64,000 nt of DNA from Candidatus Nomurabacteria bacterium (lineage in GTDB: Bacteria; Patescibacteriota; Dojkabacteria; SC72; JAHDCA01): assembly GCA_020632395.1 (NCBI GenBank), contig JACKFQ010000001.1:226009-290008 (forward strand), read 5' to 3'. The notes below the pieces were generated by a model that saw nothing but the letters and a program-made list of their open reading frames with translations, had not been told where the DNA came from and did not search any database. A program made the position numbers and the translations under genes. Below, one piece after another: positions 29,604 to 39,081 of the stretch (position 1 is its first letter; every line of letters starts with the position of its first letter).

Positions 29604-30792
29604 AGAAAAGATCTTGTTCACAGGAGGAGGATCTGGGGGACATGTTTCTGCTGCTACAGCCATCATTAGTGGTATACGATCACAGTATGAAATGAACTTA
29701 GACCAGATCCTATATATCGGCAGTGATCTCACAATGGAGGGTGAAAGTGATGGTAAAACCAAAGGTAAAAGCCACGAAGAGAAGATTCTGTCGACAACAG
29801 ATATCCCATATAGATCTATAAGGGCAGGAAAACTACAAAGATATCTGTCTTTTCGCTCATTCAAACTACTTTTCGGTATATTGGGCGGTTTTATTGACTC
29901 ATGGAAAGTAATTTCGGAATTTCAACCAGATAGGGTGGTCTCCACGGGAGGTTATGTGACTGTTCCTATATGTATAGTCGCAAAGATCCGTGGCATACCT
30001 GTATATATACATGAACAAACCGCTGTGGTTGGTTTGACCAATAAGATCGTTGGGAAATTTGCAAAAAGAATATACATTTCATTTATCTCATCTGCATCAT
30101 TTTTCCCAAGAGAGAGAACTCTACATACAGGTAATGCTGTTAGACCAGAGATATTCAACACAACGGGAGAGGGTCCTGCACAGCAAGCGATCAGAAAAAT
30201 GTTACCTAACTCCAAAAAATACCCAATAGTTCTAATAGCAGGTGGTGGACAGGGTTCTCATCTGCTAAATATCACTGTCAGACAGATGCTTACCTATTTA
30301 ACTGAGGAATTTCAAGTAGTTCTCCAAACAGGAGACAACCAGGTTCATAAAGATCATGAGATCCTTTGGAAAGATCGCTTAAAGTTACCTGCTGATAAAC
30401 AGGATCGGTTTTTTCCAGTTAAGTTCATTACTGCTGAAGAAATTGGTAATGTGTTTTCGAATACAAATATATTTGTAGGTAGGAGTGGCGCAAATTTCAC
30501 CTACGAAATGGGTGTCCTCCAAATTCCCTCCATATTGATACCAATTCCTTGGGTGACACACAACGAACAGATGAGGAACGCACAAGCACTTGAAGAAACA
30601 GGTCTTGCAAGGATCATTCCCGAGGGCGAATTAACAGCTGAAAGGTTGTTCAATGAGCTACGAAGGCTCAGTTCTATCATAAACAAAGGCACACTAAAGA
30701 TCGATGAAGAAAAATTACACACCTCATTTCCTATAAATGCTGTATCAACGATCATAAATGACCTTACCCTGAATTCAGAACCAGTTTTATGA
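29584..30792 (+). CDS. murG: UDP-GlcNAc:lipid I GlcNAc transferase MurG
   Basis: N-terminal FTGGGSGGHVSAA (G-loop) and the C-terminal GT28 domain. Confidence 0.85.
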   Translation: MNRKRLKEKILFTGGGSGGHVSAATAIISGIRSQYEMNLDQILYIGSDLTMEGESDGKTKGKSHEEKILSTTDIPYRSIRAGKLQRYLSFRSFKLLFGILGGFIDSWKVISEFQPDRVVSTGGYVTVPICIVAKIRGIPVYIHEQTAVVGLTNKIVGKFAKRIYISFISSASFFPRERTLHTGNAVRPEIFNTTGEGPAQQAIRKMLPNSKKYPIVLIAGGGQGSHLLNITVRQMLTYLTEEFQVVLQTGDNQVHKDHEILWKDRLKLPADKQDRFFPVKFITAEEIGNVFSNTNIFVGRSGANFTYEMGVLQIPSILIPIPWVTHNEQMRNAQALEETGLARIIPEGELTAERLFNELRRLSSIINKGTLKIDEEKLHTSFPINAVSTIINDLTLNSEPVL

Positions 30793-30870
30793 ACACCGCT
30801 TAGCACTCTTGACACACCTCTGCTAATCAGTGTACCATCAAATGCTTATTTATCTTAATTTCAATGCACT

Positions 30871-33468
30871 ATGGTTTGTCAAAACTGTGGCTTAAGACCG
30901 GCAACAACTCAAATAACAACATCTCGTAATGGACAGGAGCAAACTATCCAATTGTGCTCTGCTTGTGCTTCGCAACTCCAGAGGGGTGGGATGTACGAGG
31001 GTTTCTTTGGGGACGGATCCTCTCCTGACAGATCTACAGGTGAACAGGTTGATATAACGCAATTCTTCTCCGAACGTGCAAAAGATGCAATACAATTAGC
31101 AGCAAATGAGGCTATCGAAAATGGGAATCGAAATATTGATACTGAGCATCTACTTCTAGCGATAATCCAGAGTGATGAGGTTGTAGGAAGGATCCTAAAG
31201 GAATTGAAGGTGGACAAAGGAATGCTCATGGACCAACTGAGATCACAATTTTCTATGGGTGAAGGCTCAACAACACCAGGACTCTCACCACGTGCAAAAC
31301 AAGCCCTTCAATATGCTTTTTCAGAAGCAATGGAATTAGGACATAACTATGTTGGTGGAGAACATATCTTTCTAGGTTTACTGAAAGAGGGTGAAGGTTT
31401 AGCTGCACAGATACTTACCAAATCAGGTATCGAGCATGTGACAGCCAGACAAGCAGTGCTCAAGATCGTTGGAGAAGGTGACGTGGAGGGGAAGAAAGCA
31501 GCTGAAAAGAGTGAAACTCCGACTTTGGATAAATTCAGTCGAGATCTTACACAATTGGCTAGGATCGGAAAGATCGATCCGGTGATCGGTCGCAGTGATG
31601 AGATCACAAGAGTAATTCAGATCCTTTCTCGCAGAAAAAAGAACAATCCAGTACTTATCGGAGAGCCGGGTGTAGGAAAAACTGCAATTGCAGAAGGTCT
31701 TGCCTATCGCATCTCAAAAGGCAATGTGCCAGAGATCCTTAAAGATCGTACTATCAAGGAATTGGATGTAGCATCTCTTGTAGCTGGTTCAAAATTCAGA
31801 GGAGAATTTGAAGAAAGAGCCAAAAAAATAATTGAAGAATTAAATGCCTCCGCCAGATCCATAATCTTATTCATAGATGAATTGCATACTATCGTAGGAT
31901 CAGGGGCACAAGAAGGTCAGATGGATCTATCAAACATGCTCAAACCCGCGTTGGCCCGTGGAGAGTTGCAGGTCATAGGAGCAACTACTTTAAATGAGTA
32001 CAAGAAATATATCGAAAAAGATGCTGCCCTAGAAAGACGTTTCCAACCAGTCCTCGTAAACGAACCAAGTATCGAACAAACAATTGAGATACTTAGGGGA
32101 TTGAGAGATAAGTATGAAGCGCATCACAAAGTAAAGATCGAACCCGAAGCTTTGGATTCTGCCGCAAACCTTTCATCCAGATACATCAAAGATCGTTTTC
32201 TTCCTGACAAAGCGATCGATCTGGTAGATGAAGCTGCAAGCAAGGTTAGACTCACAACATCAACAGAGCCTGAGGAACTTCGCGAGCTGAAAGACGAGAT
32301 AGAAAAAATGGAGAAGGAGCGTGAGTCTTTAAGTCGAGCTAATAAACATGAGGAAAGTGCGAAAGTAAAGATGCAGATCGAACAGGTCAGATCAGATAAA
32401 CTACAACCTCTTCTAGAAGAGTGGAATAAAGTAAAAGGCACGGGTACACCAAATGTCACTTCAGATGACATAATTACAGTAGTAGCTGCAATGACAGGAA
32501 TACCGCTTAATCAACTCCAAGAAGAGGAGAGAGATCGACTGATAAATCTAGAAGATGTACTTCACAAACGAGTTGTCGGCCAAGAAGATGCAGTCAAAGC
32601 TGTATCAGAAGCTGTCCGCAGAGCTAGGGTGGGTCTGAAAGATCCAAATAAACCCATAGCTACTTTTCTATTCCTAGGACCAACTGGGGTCGGAAAGACG
32701 CTACTGGCAAAAACCCTCGCAGAACAGATATTCGGCGATGAAGATGCGATAGTCCGTATAGATATGAGTGAATATATGGAAAAACATGCAGTTTCGAGAA
32801 TGATCGGTTCGCCTCCAGGATATGTCGGTTATGAAGAGGGTGGGCAGTTGACAGAAGCCGTTAGGAGAAAGCCTTTTTCTGTAATACTCCTTGATGAGAT
32901 AGAGAAAGCTCATCCTGATATCTTCAACACACTACTTCAACTTTTTGATGAAGGAAGGCTTACAGATTCTAAAGGTAGGACTGTAGATTTCAAGAATACA
33001 ATTATCATAGCAACTAGCAATCTAGGATCGGAAAAGATCATGGCATATATGGAATTACAAACAAAAGAGAAAAGCTGGGAATCACTCAAAGAACAGCTTA
33101 TGGAGGATCTTAAGAAAGCTTTCAAACCAGAATTCTTGAACAGACTAGACGACATCATACTATTCAAGAGTCTCGAACGAACACAACTGATAAATATAGT
33201 TAAGATCCTTTTAGAAGAGACAAAACAATTGATGAATGCACAAGATGTGGATATAGAGTTCGATGATACTATAGTGGATCATATCATCGAGCTAGGATAC
33301 GAGCCTGAGTTTGGTGCAAGACCACTAAAGAGAGTGATACAAAAGGAGATAGAAAATACCCTTGCCAACAAACTCTTAAATGGAGATCTTTCACCAGGTG
33401 AAAAGTATATCTTGAAGTACCGAGACACGAAGATCGTGATCACACAAAAGAAAAGCCAAAAGAAATGA
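30871..33468 (+). CDS. clpC: ClpC-type Clp/Hsp100 ATPase (two AAA+ modules, Clp_N repeats) with an extra N-terminal C4 zinc ribbon
   Basis: Two Walker A motifs ([18 protein letters not shown]), Clp_N repeats, short middle domain. N-terminal CQNCG...CSAC. Confidence 0.9.
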   Translation: MVCQNCGLRPATTQITTSRNGQEQTIQLCSACASQLQRGGMYEGFFGDGSSPDRSTGEQVDITQFFSERAKDAIQLAANEAIENGNRNIDTEHLLLAIIQSDEVVGRILKELKVDKGMLMDQLRSQFSMGEGSTTPGLSPRAKQALQYAFSEAMELGHNYVGGEHIFLGLLKEGEGLAAQILTKSGIEHVTARQAVLKIVGEGDVEGKKAAEKSETPTLDKFSRDLTQLARIGKIDPVIGRSDEITRVIQILSRRKKNNPVLIGEPGVGKTAIAEGLAYRISKGNVPEILKDRTIKELDVASLVAGSKFRGEFEERAKKIIEELNASARSIILFIDELHTIVGSGAQEGQMDLSNMLKPALARGELQVIGATTLNEYKKYIEKDAALERRFQPVLVNEPSIEQTIEILRGLRDKYEAHHKVKIEPEALDSAANLSSRYIKDRFLPDKAIDLVDEAASKVRLTTSTEPEELRELKDEIEKMEKERESLSRANKHEESAKVKMQIEQVRSDKLQPLLEEWNKVKGTGTPNVTSDDIITVVAAMTGIPLNQLQEEERDRLINLEDVLHKRVVGQEDAVKAVSEAVRRARVGLKDPNKPIATFLFLGPTGVGKTLLAKTLAEQIFGDEDAIVRIDMSEYMEKHAVSRMIGSPPGYVGYEEGGQLTEAVRRKPFSVILLDEIEKAHPDIFNTLLQLFDEGRLTDSKGRTVDFKNTIIIATSNLGSEKIMAYMELQTKEKSWESLKEQLMEDLKKAFKPEFLNRLDDIILFKSLERTQLINIVKILLEETKQLMNAQDVDIEFDDTIVDHIIELGYEPEFGARPLKRVIQKEIENTLANKLLNGDLSPGEKYILKYRDTKIVITQKKSQKK

Positions 33469-33563
33469 CCTCATCATTCAGCAACATAAAGTAAGTGAAA
33501 ACCTGAAAAAGCAGGTTACTTTGCAACTCCTTGATCGGAGAGAGATGTTGTTAGGTTGATTTA

Positions 33564-33740
33564 CTATTTCTCGGCAATGACGAGATTGACCTCAATGCCC
33601 TCATCACTTATGCGAGATATCTCTAATTCACTTCCACAAAAAGGACATTCGATGATATCTCCTACCTGATATTCCCTTGTTGTATCAAGGTCTATATCAT
33701 TCATACATTCTGGGCACGTTACTGTCTTTTTACCATCCAT
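33564..33740 (-). CDS. LysW/ArgW-like zinc-ribbon mini-protein (amino-group carrier protein family) lacking the canonical C-terminal EDWGE tail
   Basis: 58 aa, translated manually: MDGKKTVTCPECMNDIDLDTTREYQVGDIIECPFCGSELEISRISDEGIEVNLVIAEK. TCPEC...hh.ECPxCGxELEI mirrors LysW. Confidence 0.5.
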   Translation of the reverse strand: MDGKKTVTCPECMNDIDLDTTREYQVGDIIECPFCGSELEISRISDEGIEVNLVIAEK

Positions 33741-33818
33741 TCTGTAATCCTACTAATTTATGTAGAATAGTAATGTATTATATCATGTAGAAGGACTTGA
33801 ACTCATATTTTTTTAGAG

Positions 33819-34730
33819 ATGGGAGATATTATGAAAACCTACACTCCAATTACACGAATATTCATCGACGAGTTACCAGTAGTTATCAAACGTGAGGATC
33901 TTAATGAAACTGGATCACAAAAAGATCGTGGAGTACCAGTGCAGATCGATCATCACATCAAAGATGGCAAAACCCGATTTGTTATATCAAGTTCAGGAAA
34001 TTCTGCTATCAGTGCGATCAACAGATTAATAAATACAGAGTATCACCTCACAGTCTTCTTGAGTAAAAATATCAGCACATCTAAACTACTGCGGATCTCC
34101 TTAATATTAAAGAAAAACATTACACAAGAAGATACTACTATCCAAAATATCGAACTGAAGTTCACTGAAAGACCCGTATCTGATGCATTCAAATATGCTA
34201 ATTCATCTGAGAGCGTTTTACTTAGAGGCTCTATAGATCCTTATGCAACGATAGGGTACCAAGCGATCACACATGAACTAGCAGAACAAAGTCCCGGATC
34301 AACAGATATATTCATACCCACTTCTAGTGGTACAACTTTGGTAGGAATATTCAACGGTTATGAAGACTTAAAGGATAAAGACCCAAATATTTTGATCCCG
34401 AGATTTCATGTGTGCCAAACAACAGCCGTCAACACGATTGCCAGAGATTTTGATACCTCATTTCAACCTACCAAAAATTCAATTGCAGAAAGCATTGTCG
34501 ATAGGGTGGCTAAACGATATCACCAAGTCAGTGATATAATAAAGAGTACTACAGGTTCTGGATGGGTCTTAACAGATGCTGAGATCAGGAAAGCTGTGCA
34601 ACTCCAAAAAGATCTTGGTTTAGAATTATCTAATGAATCAGCACTAGCACTTGCAGGGATGTTAAGAGCAATGCGAAGCTCAAAATATAATATGGATCAA
34701 CCAATAGTATTATCAACAGGAGTGAAATGA
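33819..34730 (+). CDS. fold-type II PLP-dependent enzyme (Trp-synthase beta / threonine synthase / cysteine synthase superfamily)
   Basis: KREDLNETGSQKDRG matches the PLP-lysine motif (..NPTGSFKDRG) of this superfamily. The stop overlaps the next gene's start (ATGA). Confidence 0.65.
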   Translation: MGDIMKTYTPITRIFIDELPVVIKREDLNETGSQKDRGVPVQIDHHIKDGKTRFVISSSGNSAISAINRLINTEYHLTVFLSKNISTSKLLRISLILKKNITQEDTTIQNIELKFTERPVSDAFKYANSSESVLLRGSIDPYATIGYQAITHELAEQSPGSTDIFIPTSSGTTLVGIFNGYEDLKDKDPNILIPRFHVCQTTAVNTIARDFDTSFQPTKNSIAESIVDRVAKRYHQVSDIIKSTTGSGWVLTDAEIRKAVQLQKDLGLELSNESALALAGMLRAMRSSKYNMDQPIVLSTGVK

Positions 34731-36145
34731 GTTTATACGACCCAATCTTTTATATAACTAATGATAGCGAACGAGCCATCGGACTCGAGGAGATTGTAGA
34801 TCTTCATATACTGGCCATAGACGACAGTTGGCTTGCACGTCAGATACACAACAAGACCCACAAGGTATTTATCCTTGAGCGAGAGATAGGTATTCTTAAT
34901 CCTATTTTCCGAAATTCCAATAAACTACTTCAAGAACCACTCACACAAGAGTATATTGATCATCATTCGCAAGATATCCGTCAAGGAATGGTGTTTAAGA
35001 TCGCTCCTAATATTGAAAGAACTGCACAAGCGCTAGGTATACAACTCCTCAATACAACCTCACAACAGAATCAACGTTTCGAAAACAAGATCCCACAACT
35101 AGAATTCCTCAAAGAATTAGACAATATCCCACTACCCAAAAGTGAGATCTATCTCTTGGGAGATACTGATCACCAGAAGCTAATTTCTGAATTCTCGGAT
35201 CCTTACGTCATACAGTTCGATCGAGGACATACAGGGACAGGAACATTATTTATCAGATCTGAAGATGAGCTTGAAGACCTGAAGAGTGCGTTCCCCAAGC
35301 GACCAGTAAGGATATCCCAATACATAGAAGGCGAAGCCTGGACACTCAATGCTGTTTCTACAAGATGGGGGACTCATTACGGTGGTTTATCGTATCAGAT
35401 AACAGGGGTCGAGCCACTCACAAGAGTCTCAGGGGCAACTGTCGGAAACGATTGGAGTAGAGCGCATTCTCTTCCAGATAATACGATCTCCCAGATTGCA
35501 ATGATCACTAAAAAGGTTGGTGACGGGTTATTTGAAGAAGGGTTTAGAGGTTTATTCGGATTGGACCTGATAGTTGACGACAAAGGGAAAGCATTTCTGA
35601 TAGAGATAAATGCACGACAGCCAGCCTCTACAGGGATGCACACCAAACTTATGTTAAAAAACCAACAGATACCGTTGCAACTATTACATATCGCTGAATT
35701 CTTAGGTTTGACCGATAGTGAGCTGATTCAGTATATGACCGATCGATCAAGACCAGCTCATAGCCTAACCAAACTACAAGACCAGCTAAGCGAGCAGGAC
35801 CGATCACTTGGTAGGGATATAAATGCGTCACAGTGTATATTGAGAAATAGTGCAAGTGGAAATATTACTATAGCAGGAGATCTAGGCTCAGGGATCTACG
35901 ATCGAACAGATAGAGATTTATCTGAACAGGCAATTGATGATCGATATAGTATCGATCACTTGGATGAAGACGAGTTCCTCCTCATAACTGCTACTGAAGG
36001 AAGGATCGTCACACCTGGTACCGAGTACGCTCGGATCCAAACGTATGGAAGTGTCCTAGATAACAGTGGTAAACTCTTACCAGTACTAGTAGATATTATC
36101 AATAAGTTAAAAGGGAGTACCCATGAGGAGGCTACAACTACCTGA
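34727..36145 (+). CDS. ATP-grasp superfamily ligase
   Basis: Central ATP-grasp core with LFGLDLIVDDKGKAFLIEINARQPAS (E-x-N metal site) and a glycine-rich loop FDRGHTGTGTLF. Overlaps both neighbours. Confidence 0.6.
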   Translation: MSLYDPIFYITNDSERAIGLEEIVDLHILAIDDSWLARQIHNKTHKVFILEREIGILNPIFRNSNKLLQEPLTQEYIDHHSQDIRQGMVFKIAPNIERTAQALGIQLLNTTSQQNQRFENKIPQLEFLKELDNIPLPKSEIYLLGDTDHQKLISEFSDPYVIQFDRGHTGTGTLFIRSEDELEDLKSAFPKRPVRISQYIEGEAWTLNAVSTRWGTHYGGLSYQITGVEPLTRVSGATVGNDWSRAHSLPDNTISQIAMITKKVGDGLFEEGFRGLFGLDLIVDDKGKAFLIEINARQPASTGMHTKLMLKNQQIPLQLLHIAEFLGLTDSELIQYMTDRSRPAHSLTKLQDQLSEQDRSLGRDINASQCILRNSASGNITIAGDLGSGIYDRTDRDLSEQAIDDRYSIDHLDEDEFLLITATEGRIVTPGTEYARIQTYGSVLDNSGKLLPVLVDIINKLKGSTHEEATTT

Positions 36146-36902
36146 ACCGGCTTGGAAAGTCGTACAAGGTTATATGAAGCTAAAATTTAACGGTACAGTT
36201 GTTCGAACTCCTTACTATCGAAATGTCGAGAGGGTACGTGCAGAACTTCGCTCACTTATTGGTAAAGGTACTCCTGAAGAGATTGTCGAAGATGTCCTTA
36301 TCTTTTCAAAATTGAGGGGCTTCAATCTCCGTCGAGCAACACCTGACGAGATACGACGCTTCATGGAGAAAGAAGGTATCGGTATAGATTGTTCGGGATT
36401 TGTAGCACATGTGTATGACGGATGGCTTAGGGCTGTAAATAAAGGAAGTATAAGATCAAATCTTCTCTGGCCAAAACGCACTCTTTACAGAAAGGTTATA
36501 ACCATCCTAAGACCTATCGAGAACATCAGCTCAGAACTTCTCACAGGAGAATTGAATTGTACCACTATCGAGATCGAAGACACCCTCCCTGGCGATCTGA
36601 TAAGATTGAAGGGTGCTAAACAGGGTGATCATGTTGTACTGATAAGTACGGTCACACTTGAGGAAGACGGTACTCCCAGAGAGATCGATTATGTACACTC
36701 ATCACCACACTATGGTAATGATAATGGTGTAAAGAAAGGAAAGATCAGGATCACAAATCCCGATAGGGGATTAGAGTATCAGGAATGGTTGGAAAAAGAC
36801 CCCAATGGCCGCTGCATCACAAAAGACGGTTATCTAAGGGAACTTAGCGATAATAGGTTGGTTCGGCCTAATTTTATGGAAAAGATCAAATGGGGACAGT
36901 AA
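36123..36902 (+). CDS. cytoplasmic NlpC/P60 (CHAP-like papain-fold) cysteine amidase/peptidase
   Basis: GIDCSGFVAHVY (catalytic Cys), downstream GDHVVLI and HSSPH (His pair); no signal peptide. Confidence 0.55.
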   Translation: MRRLQLPEPAWKVVQGYMKLKFNGTVVRTPYYRNVERVRAELRSLIGKGTPEEIVEDVLIFSKLRGFNLRRATPDEIRRFMEKEGIGIDCSGFVAHVYDGWLRAVNKGSIRSNLLWPKRTLYRKVITILRPIENISSELLTGELNCTTIEIEDTLPGDLIRLKGAKQGDHVVLISTVTLEEDGTPREIDYVHSSPHYGNDNGVKKGKIRITNPDRGLEYQEWLEKDPNGRCITKDGYLRELSDNRLVRPNFMEKIKWGQ

Positions 36903-37981
36903 CCGGATGGATCTTACTATCTTTCTTGCTCACATTCGGATTAGCACCGATCATCATACATATCCTCTATCGATACAGGATCGTACGAAAAACTGATACT
37001 GATTTCTCGGCGATAGTAGGAGAACGATATCTTAAAGCAGGTACACCGATCATGGGAGGTCTGATGATGATCATCAGCATCTTGTTACTTACTATCATAT
37101 TCAATTGGCATGGGAGCACAGTAGTACCGATAGTTGTACTAATAATTTCAGCATTGTTAGGTGGATTTGATGATGTGATGAATATCTACGGTAGGAAGAG
37201 AGTTATCAGAACTGTAGATAAGCAGATCAAATTAGCGAAAGTACACAAACATCTTTCCAAAAGGATCTTTTATTGGATCACACTGCCTTGGGCTGCATAT
37301 AAGAATATCTGGTTTGCACTAGGGTCATACCCAGGAAATGGTATACACGCTGGTGAAAAGATCCTTATACAATTATTTGTGGGTTGCTTAGTTGCTTGGT
37401 GGATATTTTTCAGATTAGGATGGAGCGTTCTTTGGATCCCTGTCATTGGAGAATTTGATATAGGCATACTAATGCCTTTGGTAGTAATCGGTCTCGTGAT
37501 GATCATGACAAATGCAGTCAATATCTCCGATGGTATGGATGGCTTAGCCAGTGGAATGTTGGTACCTAGTTTTATAGCCTATCTCCTCATCGCAATACAG
37601 CAGGAACAGCACGAGATAGCGATCCTTTGCGCAATTACGATAGGAGCCTTACTCGCCTATATATACTTCAACATCAAACCAGCACGAGTTGAGATGGGCG
37701 ATGTCGGAACTCTAGCTTTAGGAGCTTTGCTTGCAACGGTAGCTCTTGCCCTTAGACGAGAATTCTTACTTCCGATAATTGGTGGGCTGTTCTTCATAGA
37801 GATCGGCTCCTCATTATTGCAGGGAGTGTATCGCAAGATCGTCGGAAGAAGGCTTTTAAAGATGGCACCACTGCACTTACACTTGCAGGTACGAGGATGG
37901 TCAGAAGAAAAGACTGTGATGAGATTTTGGTTGTTCTCAGTGATATTTGCGATTTTAGGTCTCTGGATCTCACAATTCTAA
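36890..37981 (+). CDS. MraY/WecA-family polyprenyl-phosphate sugar-1-phosphate transferase (paralog; degenerate HHH motif)
   Basis: 10-11 TM protein; NAVNISDGMDGLASG (DDxxD-type motif), C-terminal MAPLHLHLQVRGW. Confidence 0.7.
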   Translation: MGTVTGWILLSFLLTFGLAPIIIHILYRYRIVRKTDTDFSAIVGERYLKAGTPIMGGLMMIISILLLTIIFNWHGSTVVPIVVLIISALLGGFDDVMNIYGRKRVIRTVDKQIKLAKVHKHLSKRIFYWITLPWAAYKNIWFALGSYPGNGIHAGEKILIQLFVGCLVAWWIFFRLGWSVLWIPVIGEFDIGILMPLVVIGLVMIMTNAVNISDGMDGLASGMLVPSFIAYLLIAIQQEQHEIAILCAITIGALLAYIYFNIKPARVEMGDVGTLALGALLATVALALRREFLLPIIGGLFFIEIGSSLLQGVYRKIVGRRLLKMAPLHLHLQVRGWSEEKTVMRFWLFSVIFAILGLWISQF

Positions 37982-38061
37982 ATGACTCACACTGCTTACT
38001 AGTCGAACTAAGCCAACAAAGTTCTGTCTGTTATAAGAGCTATCTTATCAGAGATTTTTGA

Positions 38062-39081
38062 TCAATAACCGTTCTTCTTGCACTCCAGATACTCATACGC
38101 TCGAGTTGCATAAGCAAGTGGACTCAGAATTAGATCATGTGCGTGGATCATTTTTGTTTCTATCCCACCAAAACCTCTTTTAAATAGTGAGAGGCCATAC
38201 CAAGGATGATCAACATCCTCAGGATCTACAACTCCCCAGAGATTGAGCTCTTTGAATCCGAGTGCTCGTGAATTTCTTATAGCCTCCCAGATCAATAGGT
38301 ATGTTGATGGGATATTGCGAAATTCTGTCAATGATCCACTATGATGATAAAAAGATTTTTCATTATAATGTGTAAAGATAGCGGCTGATATATATCGATC
38401 TTGGTACTTGCTTAAATACATTGTTGCCATATCGTTCTTTGCAAATACTTCGAATTCCCTGCGCACATATTCTTTCTTGTATGCTATCCATTTATTTCTC
38501 TCTACCGCATCAAGAAAGATCTTCCAAAACTCCTCAAATTTGCTCATATCTGTAAATTTTTCAACAGTTATCCCCATCTTCTGAGCCTTCTTTATATAGT
38601 ATCTAGTGTTCTTCCTCATCTGCTTCAATATTTCGTCTTCCGATGGAAACAGATCTATTGAAAGAGTATGCTCAGCATCAGTCTCATGCGAAGTAGAACG
38701 CACTAGTCCTAATTTTTTCATTCGTCCAAGCTCGCGTGAGGAATTTTCAACCAAAGGACTCATTCTTACAAACCATGATTTCTCCTTCTTCCCAATTTCT
38801 CGCAACGATCGCATCAAGAAATTAACCAGATCATCATCCTCCCAATCACATAAAGGAGAATGTCGTAGATGAAGATACTTACCTCGGACAGCCTTGATCA
38901 TGGATATAGGTAACCCCGCCACTAATACACCATCCCGATAGATCCCATAATATCTAAAATCGTTACCGATCTCATTCTGGAACTCTCCCCACAACCAAGA
39001 ATCAATAAAGGTAACCTTAGGGAAGCCTCGGGCGAATTTATCCCATTTCTTTGAGTCTGTGATTGTTCTTAATTCATACAT
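38062..39081 (-). CDS. FemAB-family (aminoacyl-tRNA-dependent peptidoglycan interpeptide) transferase-like protein
   Basis: Size and tandem GNAT-like pattern of FemX/FemAB; W/F/Y-rich C-terminal region. Confidence 0.5.
   Translation of the reverse strand: MYELRTITDSKKWDKFARGFPKVTFIDSWLWGEFQNEIGNDFRYYGIYRDGVLVAGLPISMIKAVRGKYLHLRHSPLCDWEDDDLVNFLMRSLREIGKKEKSWFVRMSPLVENSSRELGRMKKLGLVRSTSHETDAEHTLSIDLFPSEDEILKQMRKNTRYYIKKAQKMGITVEKFTDMSKFEEFWKIFLDAVERNKWIAYKKEYVRREFEVFAKNDMATMYLSKYQDRYISAAIFTHYNEKSFYHHSGSLTEFRNIPSTYLLIWEAIRNSRALGFKELNLWGVVDPEDVDHPWYGLSLFKRGFGGIETKMIHAHDLILSPLAYATRAYEYLECKKNGY

Noticed and set aside
30871-33468. Calling the Clp ATPase ClpB
   Set aside because: The middle domain between the two AAA modules is short (ClpC-like UVR-type) rather than the long ClpB coiled-coil; ClpC is retained.
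33819-34730. Annotating the PLP enzyme specifically as threonine synthase
   Set aside because: 303 aa is short for ThrC and the context is not a thr operon; only the superfamily (fold-type II PLP) is supportable.
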